The position numbers and the translations under genes were made by a program. The notes under the pieces were generated by a model that saw nothing but the letters and a program-made list of their open reading frames with translations, ran no database searches and had not been told where the DNA came from. A stretch of 64,000 bases of DNA from Chlorokybus atmophyticus (lineage: Eukaryota > Plantae > Mesostigma and Chlorokybus algae): assembly GCA_009103225.1 (NCBI GenBank), contig RHPI01003124.1, positions 249,757-313,756 of the forward strand, written 5' to 3'. This document shows, in pieces, positions 28,387 to 42,107 of the stretch (positions within the stretch are counted from its first letter, which is position 1; each line of letters opens with the position of its first letter).

Positions 28387-31300
28387 ATGACACAGAACAA
28401 CTGGGAGGCCGATAAAATGTAAGTCCACATTGACTCTGTTCACTGGATGTTGCAGTTTGGGCTGCGGTTGGGAAACGGTGGTGTTTTGCACTAGGCGGCT
28501 TACATGGGTGCATGTGCAATACTCATCCATCCTCTTTCACGCAACTGCATTCTGAGCACTGCATGCGCACTTTCTGGCAAGGAACGTAGTTTGTTTGTTC
28601 AGACCGGGCGTTGGCGGCAACAGCTTGTGCCATTGATAGTCATTGCCATGACACTGGATTTTTGTAGTCAGCTGCTGACCTTCCGCTGCGGTCTTAGGCT
28701 TGACGTGTATATTTATGATTACCTTCGCAAGCGAAACTTCCTACAGTCGGCACAGGCTTTTCTCAACGACGCCAACGTCTCTCTGGATCCCGTTGGTACG
28801 TGTTGTTATGCTTATTGCAATAAAGTTCCATTCGTTAGTCAGCAGTGAGGTTCTTAGTGAAACGCTGAGTAGCAGTCTCTGCCATTAAGATCCAGTGTAA
28901 GTGAGAGCTGGGCGATGCTTGCTGGTGCGGGTTTCAACTGAACTTGTACTCAGCAATCGATGCTCCGGGAGGTTTCTTATTTGAGTGGTGGTCGGTGTTT
29001 TGGGATATCTTCATAGCGCGAACAAACGACAACCACTCAGAAGTTGCATCAGCTTATATTGAGGTAAGCAGACAATTTTTTTTGTTCATGGTTGGAGCAT
29101 GCCTTGCACCTTACTACCTTCAAGTACTGTGAACTGATGTCGATGTCACAGGCACAGCAGCAGAAAGCGCGAGAGCAGTTGCAGCAACAACAGGTGTTCC
29201 TTTGTAACCTTTGTGTATTGCCAATTGTCTGACTGCAGTTTCGCATACTAGCTGCAGTCAGTGTAAGGAGTTGAAGTTGTGGTACACGTCCCCGTATAGT
29301 TGCAGTGCTGGTTTGTGCCACACATAATTGCTTAGTTGGCTTACACATGACTATCGCAGGCCCAGAAGCCTCCCATTCCACAGTCACAGGTAAATGTTGT
29401 TTCATAAAGCGCATGTTCGCTTTGAGCGTTATTCTTAAAAGCGTATGATGCAACCAACAAGTGTGTTGCAACTTGACCTGATCATGTATGTATGCAGGTC
29501 GCCCAGCAAGCACAGCAGCAAGCACAGCACCTTCAGTTGCAGCAGTTGCAAATGCTGCAGCAGCAACGGCAACTGCAGCAACGACTAGCCATGAACAGCG
29601 ATGCGCAATTGGCTGGCAGCCAAGGCAGTGAAGGGCTGCGGTTTCCCAATGCAAATGCGCTCGCAAACAAGTTGTACGAGGAGCGGCTCAAACAAACTCA
29701 AGCGGCTGCAGCTGGCCGAGGGGCTGATGGAGGGTTGGACGAAAATGCTTTGAAGGTGTGGGCTTAAGTTATTTGCACAGGACTTGTTTGTATTTACATT
29801 GGATATCCACCTCACTGCCTGAGGTGGGTAGTCACTGTGGTCACGGGTGATTAATGTAGTGACCCTACTCACGTGATTGTCAAGTTATGCGTCTTGGCCG
29901 GGGCTTTCTTGTCTAAGTGGTAGGTCAGCGGTAGCCTGATAGAACCTTGCCTTACACAGTTGTTGGACAATCAGGCAGCATTGTTGAAGGCAGCAGCTGG
30001 AGGTCAAGGCATTGGCGGCTTTGACACCAATAACATCAATGCCAGCATGGCCCGGCAACTGTTGGCGAGCCCATCCCTGAGTAATGGAGGCAACCTGCAA
30101 CGTGAAGGCTCTGGAATGCTGCCCCCAAGCATGCAAGCCAAGTTGCAGGTGCGGGTGATTGCTTTTTGGGAATTCAGTGGCCCGTAGGTGCTGCATAACG
30201 CAGTATTGCAAGGCAGTGTCAAGTGTTGCATGCGAACTCTGTTGATACGAAAAGCTCGTATACTATGCTGGCGTCGTGGGTTGGTCTGGTTGCATTGCAA
30301 CAAGCCATTGACGTGGGTGCATGATGTTCATCAGGTGGATGGGAAAGGGGACGTGCCAGGTTCATTACAACGACCAGGAAGTGGTGAGGGCTCCATGTAT
30401 GCTGGCATGGGTCCAGGTGGTATGAATCCGCAAATGAAAAGTTGGCCACTTAGCCAGCAGCAAACTTCAGCTGGTCACCCCCAGGGTCATAGTACAGGAC
30501 AGGCCACACATAATGCAGCACCAGCTGGGCCCATGCGCACGCCCCAGTTTCAAACACAGGCTCAGTTCCAGCAGTTTCAGATGCTCAACCAGCAACAACA
30601 GCAGCAGCTTCTTCTCCATGCTCAGGTAGGGTTTGTTTATTGCAATATGGGTCAGCACACGGTGCCATCCCTCTTTTCAGATTGCCATGTAGGCATGTAC
30701 ATCGCAAGCAGTAGATGTGTTTGCACCTCTGGGCGGTTCCACAGCACATGCTGGTTGTCACAAAGCCACTGGTTCCGTCAGTGACTAAATGTGAACTCCT
30801 TGCTTCGTTGTCACAGCAAACCGCGCAGCAGCAGCTAGCAGGTAATCCGTCAGGCAGCCTTTCAGAGCTGGAGGCGTCCCGGTTGCGAGAAATAATGAAT
30901 AGGAAATCTGTACGAGGCAAGGACTCTCCGGGAGTGTCTGGGCTTGGTGTGTCCGAGTCTCCACTTGGTTCTGGGCTTGTCACTGGGCTGGGCCCTGTGA
31001 AAGGGGCGCCAAGGACACCTCAAGAGCAAGAGCTGCTGCTCAAGGTCGGTCCCGGCACGCACACTAGCACGCACACGTGCACACCCTGAGCAATGCAACC
31101 CAGTATCAAGTAACAAGGGCTTGCAGTAGAATGCACAGTTTTCATAGCACAATCTATCCCCACACCCCGCCATACTCAAAAATCAACACAAAGCACAGAT
31201 GTTGTGCGTACACATCAGCGTGGCCTGACCAACCAATTCTTGGTCTCTTGACGTGTAGTCACACCCAAGCACTCTTGTCATTACATTGCAGAGGTTGTTA

Positions 31301-33737
31301 CTGACACCATGTTGGGCGTCAGATGCAACAGCAACACCGTGCAGGCCAGCTGCAGGTAGCGCAGCAACAGCATCAAGCCGGCCAACAAGCACAGCTACAG
31401 CAGCAGCCCAACCAAGGGCAACAGGGTCAGCCTTCACAACAGCACCAACAACAGCAGCAGCCGCAGCCGCAGCAGCAGGGACAGCCACAACTTGGTCAGG
31501 TCAGCTGCACACAAGAACCACACAATGGTCATGTACTAGGGAGTCTTGCAGCTGGTTGATGGTTTCTGCTTGTGCAGTCCATCCAGCAACAGCCTACACC
31601 ATCTTCGCAGTCGCAAGGTGATTCGCAAGGCACTGCCCCTTATGGAGTGGGTGATGGCTTAGCCGCCAGTCCTGTTGATGCACCTGCCGGCCGCGGTCGT
31701 GGGCGAGTGAGTGGCCAACCAACTGCTAGAATTACCTGCAACGTGGGCCTCTTTGGCAAACTTATGATCTTGTTTATAACATGTCCTGCGTCTGGCATAT
31801 GCAGCCTACAAGGTCAAACTCTGCAAAAACAAACCAAAGTCGAAAGCGAAAACCGCAGCAGTCCGCTGGAGACATGTCTGTGTTGCGACAAGCATTGCAC
31901 GGAGGGAAGCCACCTGCACTTGGCATATCAGAGTCACATCCCTCCTCACCATCCTATACGTCACAACCAACCTCACAACAGGTTCATCTGGTGCGCCCAC
32001 CATTGTGCATTTGCAATAGTACTGGAAATAATGAGACAATCTTGCTTGGGTTTAAACGCTCGCTTTTGATAAATCATGCATGATCTACATTGTTGCAGCC
32101 ACATGATGGAGTCGATCGCTTCCATTCCACCATTGATGCTGCCCTTGATGACAATGTCGACGACTACTTGCGAACCGAGGCCGATCCACACGACTCAATC
32201 TTTGATGATGCATCAATCACTGCACCTTCCCTTTCATCGCACCTGGACTTGCCCAAAGGTATTGCTGTTTGCACCCTTCCCTCTTTGTCAGCATGCACAG
32301 TCTGTGTTCACGGCAAGCATTCGACAGCTGGTTGTGTGTTTCCTGGTCAGCACTTTGGGCATTGAAGTGACTGTATCTGTTTGCAGAGCACACGACAACA
32401 AACTTTTCTTTTGGTAAGGTTGGCAGCATTCGCGCGAGCAATAGCAAAGTGCTCTGTTGCTGTTTTTCGTCAGACGGGAAAATCTTGGCCAGTGCTGGCC
32501 ATGACAAGAAGGTATGACAGGAGCTAAAACATCTTTGTGAGTGTTTGCAGCTACTCCCCAAAGTTATCTGCGTAAATGATAGTACGCGGCAACCCAGTGT
32601 AATTGAGCGAGTGGTGGCGCAGGCTATCCTGTGGAATGTGGACACCTTGCAACCGGCGCAGTCTCTGGAGGAGCATTCGGCCTTGATCACAGACGTACGG
32701 TTTGGTCAGATCTCGCATCGATTGGCAACATCATCCTGGGACAAGAGCGTCCGTGTCTGGGACTGCGATACAGTAAGTAAATGCAGCTTTTCCCAAGGTG
32801 CAAGAGATGTTCAGGAATCAATGTTTGGGATAACCAACTCTGCTGTGTGCAGCCAAATTTCTCCGGCACTACCTTCACAGGGCACTCCACTTCCGTGCAA
32901 TCCTGCGACTTCCATCCCTCAAACGATGACATGCTGTGTTCATGCGACTCTGACGGAGAAATCCGCTTTTGGAGCATCAACCAGGGCATCTGCACGAGTG
33001 TGTTCAAGGTTTGTGGTTGGTTGCATCCTATGGCGCAAGTAGCAAGCTCACACTGTTGTCGTCTGCAGGGTGCTACGAAGCAGACACGCTTTCAGTCCGT
33101 GCATGGCCGCATGCTGGCTGCAGCTTCAGACAATGTCGTCGCTGTGTTTGATGTAGAGAACGAAGTCCTGCTCCACTCACTACAGGTGGGATGCCGGTTG
33201 CCATGACCTGCATGGCATTCACCTCATTTGTGCGTGGATGATGCGCTTGTGCTATTGTCATGTGTGCTGACTTGCATGTTCTGTTTTTGACATTTGCCTG
33301 CAGGGTCACACTAAGCCTGTACAGTCTTTATGTTGGGATGCCGAAGGCAACTTTGTTGCATCCGTTAGTGAGGACTCTGTAAGGGTCTGGGCGCTGGCAA
33401 ATAATGATGGAGAGATGGTGCACGAGTTGATAAGCAGCGGCAACAAGTTTCACTCCTGCGTGTTTCACCCGACCTTCCCGTCATTACTGATTGTTGGCTG
33501 CTACCAGGTACGCTCACATACACTGTTGCATTATGCAGCACACATGCCATTGGCTGTGTTGCTGTCTGCTGACATGTCATCCTTTGCTTGTAGTCCCTGG
33601 AGCTATGGAACATGGTGGAGAATAAGAGTATGAGTTTGCCAGCGCACGAAGGCATCATTGCAGCTCTAGCAAGTTCGCCAGCCACAGCCATGGTTGCATC
33701 CGCCAGCCACGACTCTTATGTTAAGCTATGGAAGTAG
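28387..33737 (+). CDS. LUG: LEUNIG/LEUNIG_HOMOLOG-type Groucho/Tup1-like transcriptional corepressor (LUFS/LisH, Q-rich region, WD40 repeats)
   Basis: [11 protein letters not shown]|[14 protein letters not shown]...|[37 protein letters not shown]; long Q-rich middle; WD40 exons [31 protein letters not shown] and [20 protein letters not shown]; ends [13 protein letters not shown] (TAG 33735-33737). Confidence 0.95.
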
Positions 33738-34815
33738 TAAAGGCCCTGTTGTAGATAAAAGCGCAAACAGCTGAATCACTCTCACTAGCACTGAAAGATA
33801 TCTGCATAGAAGTTTATTATTATGCTATGCTTAGCCACATCAACTCCGCGGAATAGATAACGCGCTTGCCTCATGTTGAAATCTTTCCATGCGTGCCGAG
33901 GCCGTGTTTGCTTTTGTTCTAGCATGAAGGCGTGGAGTTAATGCATCGCGTCTATGTTGTGATTGCACTTGCATTCAATGTGCGGACATGCATACCATAC
34001 CTGTACGAATTGCCAACTTAACCAGCAAGACCGCAACGTGTTTCAGTGCCATTGTGTGCAATGTCAGACGGTATTTGCAAATTACATACTGATGGTGTGT
34101 TTCAAGGTGGCCACATTCGCACTGTCCAGCAATAGACTTGCATTCCTCCGTGTCATGATTTGATTAGGCAAGGGCAGCAGTAGTGGAAAGCACAGGGACG
34201 CATGCAAGCTGAAATGGTAACTAGCTGTGTAATGTTTGGTATATACGGTGTACAGGATATGCTGCCAGTAGTTGTAGGCATGCATGACATTACTCACAGC
34301 ATGCCAAACAGCATGCAAGCACACTGTAACACAACCACCGGGCTATACACACTGTTCCAACCACACTACACTACACTAGTCTAGACCTCCCCATTGTATA
34401 TGCAGACATGCTTATGAGTAGTGCATTACCTGCCCACACGGTGTGGGAGTCGTGGTAGCTATGTACGTCAAATGCAGGACATGCATGTGCATGAAGCGCT
34501 TGCATTGCATGTGTGGAAGGGCGCGTTTTGAGTGCTCGTTTCCCGCAGCATGGGGATGAGCATAAACTCATGCAAACAAGTACCCTACTCAACAGTTCCC
34601 AGGTGGCTCAATAGACGAGTTAGTTTACTGCATATGCGTCTATGCGAGGAGCTAGCCTTGCAAATAGCCATTGTACACTGCAGCGCACCCCACCATCTGG
34701 ACATGTGCACCTCAATACCTTGATCGCAACTGCATACACGTTGCCAACAAATGTAGCTCTACATTAACATAATTTCAACAAATATATACTACAAGGCCCA
34801 TTTGGTTCAGTTCAC

Positions 34816-37800
34816 TCAACCAGCTTCACGAAAGTCCCTGTTGCTAGGTTGAAGCAAAGGTCGTTGGTCGTGCCCGTTGACCCCATTCCCAAGGCTGATC
34901 CCCTTTTTGACAAGGAGTTCGAGCCCCCGCTCGGCCTTGTCGTCTCTGTGTGAGGGAGTGCGCTGCAGCTTGCCGCTATCCGGCATGTCATCATCATCAT
35001 CGTCGTCCCCAAAGAAAGCCTGATCAACGATAGCACGCTTCGGCCGCTTCCTGAAACCCATCCTTGCAACCCAACTGTCGCCCTTGAGCTCCCCAATCAC
35101 TGCACATAGAGACCAGTAAGATGTAGCACGACACATGCACACGCACGCGCGCACGTATATGCGCACACATGCATATGCGAGCACGTAAGCACACAAACAT
35201 GTACGACCTGCCAGTACATCACAGTTGGCATCACATCATGTTTGAACTCTCGCCAAGTCTATTGCTCCAGTATGCTATTACCTGCAAGGGGATCACCATG
35301 TGCGCGATGTTCCCACCACATGCGCATGCAGTACACGGCGCACGCTATGGCGATGCAGAATCCGCCTATGCCTAGCGTGACTGGCCCGCACAGGACCACA
35401 GTCACGCAGCAAAGCGCCACCGGTAGTGCGCACAGTGCGTACAAACCACGATTGCTGATTGGAATCTTGTATGGCCTCGCAGTCTGATGGCAAACGTTAC
35501 AATTTAGCAACCACTGTGCGCACTCGCTGTGCGCGCATGCCTACACCCGCACATGAGCCCACACGCGTGCACGCATACACGCGCACACACATGCACACAC
35601 CACGACACATAAGCACTTGCCTGTGGTTCTGAGGTGCGCAGTTTGATGAGGGCTGCGAACTTCATGATGGTGGCGAGTGAGTAGAATAGCATGTCGACTT
35701 TGGCAAGGGAGGTGAAGTTGAGTGTGGTGAGGGCGAGGGTGATGGCGGCGTTGACTACTGTTGCGAACCAGGGCGTCTTGTACACGGGGTGGAGACGGGT
35801 GAATGCGCGCGGAAGCTGCCCCACCGAGCTCATGCCATACAGCATCCGCGAGCTCGTGCAGAGCAGAGTGCAGAGCAAACCGACTGCGCTGATTGCAGCC
35901 GACACTCCCATCCAATCCTGCACCCACATCCAGACTTACTAATTGCAAACACACGTATGTAATTTTCCATGCTTGCAGGTATACGCACAAGCCAGCCATG
36001 CACATGCACATGAGCGTGCGCACGTGTGTGTGCATCTTAGATGGTACAGATGTGTGGAACTGCAACTGCACATGCGCCAAAGCATGGTGGCATGTATGCA
36101 TGCACGCGTGTGACAGGGCTACCCTATGCATGGCTAAATGCATAGGGAAGCACTATGTAATGTGACCTCATGTGTACAACATCGTACGTACATATGAATA
36201 AGGGCATCTGCAGTTGTGCATGCAAATGCGCGCGCGCGCGCGCATGTGGGTATGTGTAGGTGGCGTAGGTTGTCATTGTTGCATGTGCTTGATGTTTATT
36301 GACGAACATTGTGAGACTGACCTCAAGCCATTTGCCCCCGATTTCGCGCGCGATCTCAACAAATGCGCCGTCGTGCCAGCGGTCGTAGTTGCCGTCGGCG
36401 GGGAGCACGCTGAGGCCGATGAGGGCGGGCAGCACGTACGCCGCCGTGATCAGCCCGATTGACGCCACCAGCGCCCGAGGATACGACCTGCCAGGATCCG
36501 CCACCTCTCCCGCGCACGTCCCCGCAGCATCAAAACTGATTGTGCACACAATATGGGCTTCACAACATGCCACCCACGCATGCGGTATGTACGTACTGAC
36601 TTGTGCATGCACATATTGTTTATATGCGCACGTGCACATTCGCTATCTGTGTACCAATGCATACACAGATTGCAGTACATGCATGTGTAACTGCACACAT
36701 GCCTGCATATGCGCGTGCACATGCGTCCTCATTTTGCATGCATGCGTGCGTGCCTGTATGCGCACGCGCCCGTGATCGAGGACGCCCATGCATGCATGCG
36801 GGCGTGCGTGCTCATGTACATGGCGACTACATGTAAGTGCATATATACCAGATGTGCACCAACAGTGCTTAATACCATGGCAAAATACTCATGCAGCTAC
36901 ACGCGCTTCGATTAGCGTGAAAAGTAGTGAGGCACACTCACATGCAGTTGTTAAAGTGTTTGGCCTCTCTTACCCGCCAGTATTCCAGAGCAGTATGGCA
37001 AGAAATCTCCCCCAGTCAGTGTGTCCAGGGGAGGGCGTTGGATGCTTGAGCCACGCAAATGACAGGTTCGGGAAGCCGATGGTAACCATTACAAAGAATG
37101 GCGATATCACACAAATTGTGAAGAACACCGACGCCGAACCCACTATGTCCACTCCGCGCACATTCAGCGCCACCACGAAGAGCATCAGAACAACCTTGAC
37201 TGCCCACCTCACCACTGCGCACGACAGCGAGCGTGTCAATGATATTTGCAGCAACTGTGCAGGGTTTCAGTACCAACCCCTCAGTGTCAGAGTCCAACTG
37301 CTGCATACTGACTGGTGCACCAGTGTCATATGCGGACATGCACATGCATGCGCACGGGTGAGTGTGTGTCACATATGCGTGCAAGAATGTGTGCACGCGC
37401 TGGTGAGTGCATGTGTGCAGGTCCTTGCTCGTGCATACGCGCGTGCCCGCACACGCATTGGCAACCAATGACAATGCCACTAGCGAGCAACCAAGCAATC
37501 GCCCATGGACCAAGCAATCAAATCAACGAAATCAAGCAAGCGAGCCACAACATCACACTTACGAGGGTTGATGGAGGATGCGTCCCCGTCCACGCCATAC
37601 AGCACGGAGGCAAGGTAGTCCGTGAGCAGGACGGGGTACAGAGCATTGTCAAAGAAGTTGCATAGAACAGACAGGGTGCCATTTAGGTAGGACCAGAAGG
37701 GGCCGAACGCGCGATCGATCCACAAAATTGGACCACCTGTCTCGGGTATCATCGTCGCAAGCTCTGCTGTCATCAGAGCCAACGGACCAGACCACACAAA

Positions 37801-39413
37801 CGGAAGAACTGCAAGACCGATCAAGACCGCTAACGGACCGCCAGCGCCTATGCTGTCCTCAAAACCGTACGGGCCCTGCAGGGAGGACAGAGGTTATTTT
37901 TGTTCTCTGTTGCTTGGGTTGTTGGTTTGTGTGTTGATTGGTTGATTGGGGTGCTGGGTGGGTGGTGAAGGTAGTGGTGGTGGTGGTGGTGGTGGTGGTG
38001 GTGGTGGTGGTGGTGGTGGTGGTGGTGGTGGTGGTGGTGGTGGTGGTGGTGGTGGTGGTGGTGGTGGTGGTGGTGGTGGTGGTGGTGGTGGTGGTGGTGG
38101 TGGTGGTGGTGGTGGTGGTGGTGGTGGTGGTGGTGGTGGTGGTGGTGGTGGTGGTGGTGGTGGTGGTGGTGGTGGTGGTGGTGGTGGTGGTGGTGGTGGT
38201 GGTGGTGGTGGTGGTGGTGGTGGTGGTGGTGGTGGTGGTGGTGGTGGTGGTGGTGGTGGTGGTGGTGGTGGTGGTGGTGGTGGTGGTGGTGGTGGTGGTG
38301 GTGGTGGTGGTGGTGGTGGTGGTGGTGGTGGTGGTGGTGGTGGTGGTGGTGGTGGTGGTGGTGGTGGTGGTGGTGGTGGTGGTGGTGGTGGTGGTGGTGG
38401 TGGTGGTGGTGGTGGTGGTGGTGGTGGTGGTGGTGGTGGTGGTGGTGGTGGTGGTGGTGGTGGTGGTGGTGGTGGTGGTGGTGGTGGTGGTGGTGGTGGT
38501 GGTGGTGGTGGTGGTGGTGGTGTGCCTCAATGTTTGTCACAACTCGTGTAGTTTGTTCAAGTCAGCAATAATACAATTATCCGCCACGCGTGTTGCAGCA
38601 TCCAAAAGTGTGTTGGGTTTGATATAATGCACATCGCCCTTGTGAAGATGAGGGACATTTAATGAATGCAAGAAGAGAAAGAGAGTGATGACGGCACAGC
38701 TACAAACTAGTTTTATTATGAACTAGTTAAACTAGTTACTAGTTAAACTACTCCAATACATGTCCTGTGAGAAATCCATGAGCAAGTTACTTCGTCGTTC
38801 TACCCATTAGCAGATAGACACATTATGGCCGCACAAAACGTTTGTAAGCGCTGCTTGATTGCAGTGTACCTATACAGGAAAACTAAATCAAATCGTCTTC
38901 ATCATAAACTCATCACTGAGTGTGTTGGGAGCACTCAAGCAAGCAGTGAGTGGTAAGCACTGCTTGTTTGTATTTGCAAACATGCATGTCAGCGACATGT
39001 CTTCAGTAAGAATGCGCAGATCTCACGTCCAAACGTTGCAACCTATGCTTTTAAAGCAGACTGAACTATGTGGAGGGTGTCCCCGTTGACTATTCTTGTT
39101 GCAATGTGAGTATACTTGCGAAATTGCAAGTCAACTATGCACTGATTACAGATCTCAGCTGACACACTTGCAAGAGTGTAAGCTTCTTTTATTCTGTGGC
39201 TTAAGTGTGGCTTACCCCAGCCACGGCGAAGAAGATGATGCCAACGAGCTGCAGGGTGGTGAGGGTGCCGATGGGGGCGTCATTGCCGGCGACGTAGGCG
39301 TCGTCATCGCCGCCGTTGACGGCACCGGCGCCAGCCTCATCGGCGAAATGCACCCGCTGCTTGTCCACATCCACACTGAAGGCGGACTCCGCCGCCTTCA
39401 TCGCGACAACCAC
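34816..39413 (-). CDS. APC-superfamily polyamine/amino-acid transporter (PUT/LAT/RMV1-like), multi-exon
   Basis: LQLVGIIFFAVAG|GPYGFED..., ALMTAELATMIPETGGPILWIDRAFGPFW, DWGRFLAILLWNTGG, AGEVADPGRSYPRAL, SSRMLYGMSSVGQLP...TPW and RPYKIP are hallmark motifs of plant PUT transporters. Confidence 0.9.
37974..38521 (+). repeat. Uninterrupted (TGG)n trinucleotide microsatellite, ~182 units, in intron 1 of the transporter
   Basis: Direct reading; 548 bp with no visible interruption. Confidence 0.97.
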
Positions 39414-40870
39414 AATACTACCAAACCACTATCCCCACTAGCAGCTGCTAGCATCGACCCATCACACTTCGCACAACCCTCACAACAACGACTACCACGC
39501 CGTTGATGACACCAACCAGTTAGCCAACAACAAGCACAGCCAGTACACCCCACCACTCCTCCACACAGCTCACAGGCTGACAAGTATTTTAGCTTTCCAG
39601 ATCTAAACAGTAGAATGCAATATGTCAGCTGTCAATCAACTGCCCAGGCGCTACACTCCTTCCCTTGCTAATCGCCAGCCTCCACCTGCTCCTTGAACAC
39701 GTCACCGCCGCCGTCGCCACCGCCGCAAGCAGCACGATGGTGGCCAAGCTGTACGTCATGGCTTATGCAATGCTCATCGACAGCTGTGATGTTTGTGGGT
39801 GTTTGCGCGTGACCGATCTTCCTTCCTTCCAAATTGCATTCCTTACGGTTTCTGCTTCCTGGTAAAGGAAGACGACACGCAAGCTTCCGTGGCGAAACGG
39901 CTTGTTAACATCATATAACCTTTGCTGGTACTGTCGGATTGTAGCGGGCACTACCCTGCATCTAGGCCATCACAAGCACAGTTATGCGCTGTAATTGGCC
40001 AAGTCAACTTCGTTCTGGCTTCGGCGTCATCAAAGTGCGGCCCTACGCATGCGGTGTGCAGATGCAAGTACAGCGGCTGAGATGCGATGAATTAGCTCTG
40101 GTGGACGATGTTGCTTTGCATTTATTCCGGGCTTTGGCTTGTAGATCGGTTGCATCAGAGCCGTCCCTTGTTAAGTGCATTCACAATCTCAGCCATCCAA
40201 CCTGCATCCCCACAGCTGCCAACATAGGGCCGAGTTCATGACGCTTTTGTGGATGGGGTTAACCAAACATGTTTAGGACAAACCGCACAAGCTGACCGCA
40301 CAAGCCGCACAGGATGCGAGCTGCGATCTACTTGGTCGATTTATTGGTTGCCTTGTTTCGGCGTCATGAAAGTCGGGTCCCAACGCGATCTGTACCGATG
40401 CAAGTTCAATGGCTACGATATGCTATAATAGTTCAAGCTAGTGGCTTTGTGTTTGGTTGTTGTGTGTCGAGTGAATACAACGCAATCTGAGCCGTGCAAG
40501 TAATACTCCTTGGGTATCCTTAGCCGTCCAAGCTGCATCCACATAACAACCAGCATAGGGCTGCTTTCATGACGCGTTAGCGACAGAGTACAATAGGACA
40601 CAACTGGGGGGCATCATACAAACAGCGCACAAGACGCACATTACGCACAAGAAGGCTCGGCCCAAAATAGACGCGAAAACAGGATTACTGTTGGCATTAT
40701 TCGCCGCCGCCGCCGCCGCCTACGTGTCGTCGTCGTCGTCATCGTCGTCATCGTCGTCCTTCGCCGTCGTGTAGATGCGCAGAGTGTCGTTTTGCGTGGC
40801 GGTGGTAACAGGGCTAGCTTGCTTGTGGCTGGCGTGGCAGTGCGACAGGCTGACTGCAGCTGTGGTTGGG

Positions 40871-42073
40871 ATGGGGAACGATGACAGCAACAACAACAGC
40901 CTCCCTGTGGAGAAGACGTACGCCATGATAAAGCCGGACGCGGTTGCGGCCGGCCACGCTGAAGATATCATGCACGATGTCGCTGCACACGGCTTTACCA
41001 TCATCGCCCACAAGAAACTGCAGGTGTGGAATGCGCATTGTTGCCTTTGTGCTTTTGGCAGCTGTATGCTCAAACTGTACTCAAACCCTAATCAAGCCCT
41101 GCTGAGAAGTTGCAACCCTAATCGAACAGCAAACCCCTAGTAGAATATACACGTAATCATGGCAATGCGTATGAGTGCGCCAATCGCAAAAACCACATGC
41201 AGGTATTGGAATATATTGCAGCAATTAGACCATGTACTCTCAATCGTTTTCAACAACATCTGGTAGAGGTATAACAAACAATGTGCATCAAATGGTATCA
41301 GTTCGTCCATGGCTGAATTGTTTGTGAGCAAAGCTTGTGTTTGAGTCCTCCAGAGTGTCATTCAAAAGTTTTGCAGGATATGTTGTTGGTCGCCTGAGCA
41401 GTTGCGTGCAACTTTAATGTGCGCACGAGGCAATTGCTATGTGTCTCGTGTTCAGCATTGCTACAACCAGTGAAGCCAGAACCACATTGAGCTCTCAATA
41501 AGTGGCAGGCTACACTTGCTACATTGCTTTTTCCCTCACAGTCTTTTCCTCACATCCATGCACGCGCGCTTGTCACGCTTCATGCATGTGCACATACAGC
41601 ACGCATACGCACGCGCATTTGTACAGTCACGGCACAGACACAGGCGCACTCTCTCAGCACCTGCGTGTGTGTCAACGCATGTGTTGAATCTATGCAACAG
41701 ATGACGAAGGAGAGAGCCGAGGAGTTTTACGCCGAGCACAATGGCAAGGAGTTCTACGACGCTCTCACCAACTTCATGAGCAGGTCAGGACACAATCTGA
41801 GCTTGCGATAGTTGTCTCTCACACTGATTACGTGTCTGTGTTACTGGCACAAAGTGTACACGCCAGTGTGCAAGGACTGGGTTGCTTGCACTCTAGGTTA
41901 GCGTGCTGCTCCTTATCAATACTGATATTTATCACTGCTAACATGTTGTGCGGCACGGTAGTAAAGGCCATCATCATCATCATCATCATCATGCTATTGA
42001 CAAGATATCAGCTCATGGTAAATGTCGAACGCTAATTGTCCCTGACATCAATGTTGTTATTGTTGTCGTTGTC

Positions 42074-42107
<34 letters not shown>

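Noticed and set aside
37848-38627. Poly-His, poly-Thr, poly-Val and poly-Gly ORFs
   Set aside because: These are translations of the intronic (TGG)n microsatellite.
40775-40870. 32-aa hydrophobic in-frame extension upstream of NDK5 (possible signal peptide)
   Set aside because: The segment contains plausible splice signals (GTAAC donor, CTGCAG acceptor just before ATG 40871), and NME5/RSP23 proteins are axonemal, so a 5' UTR intron is more likely.
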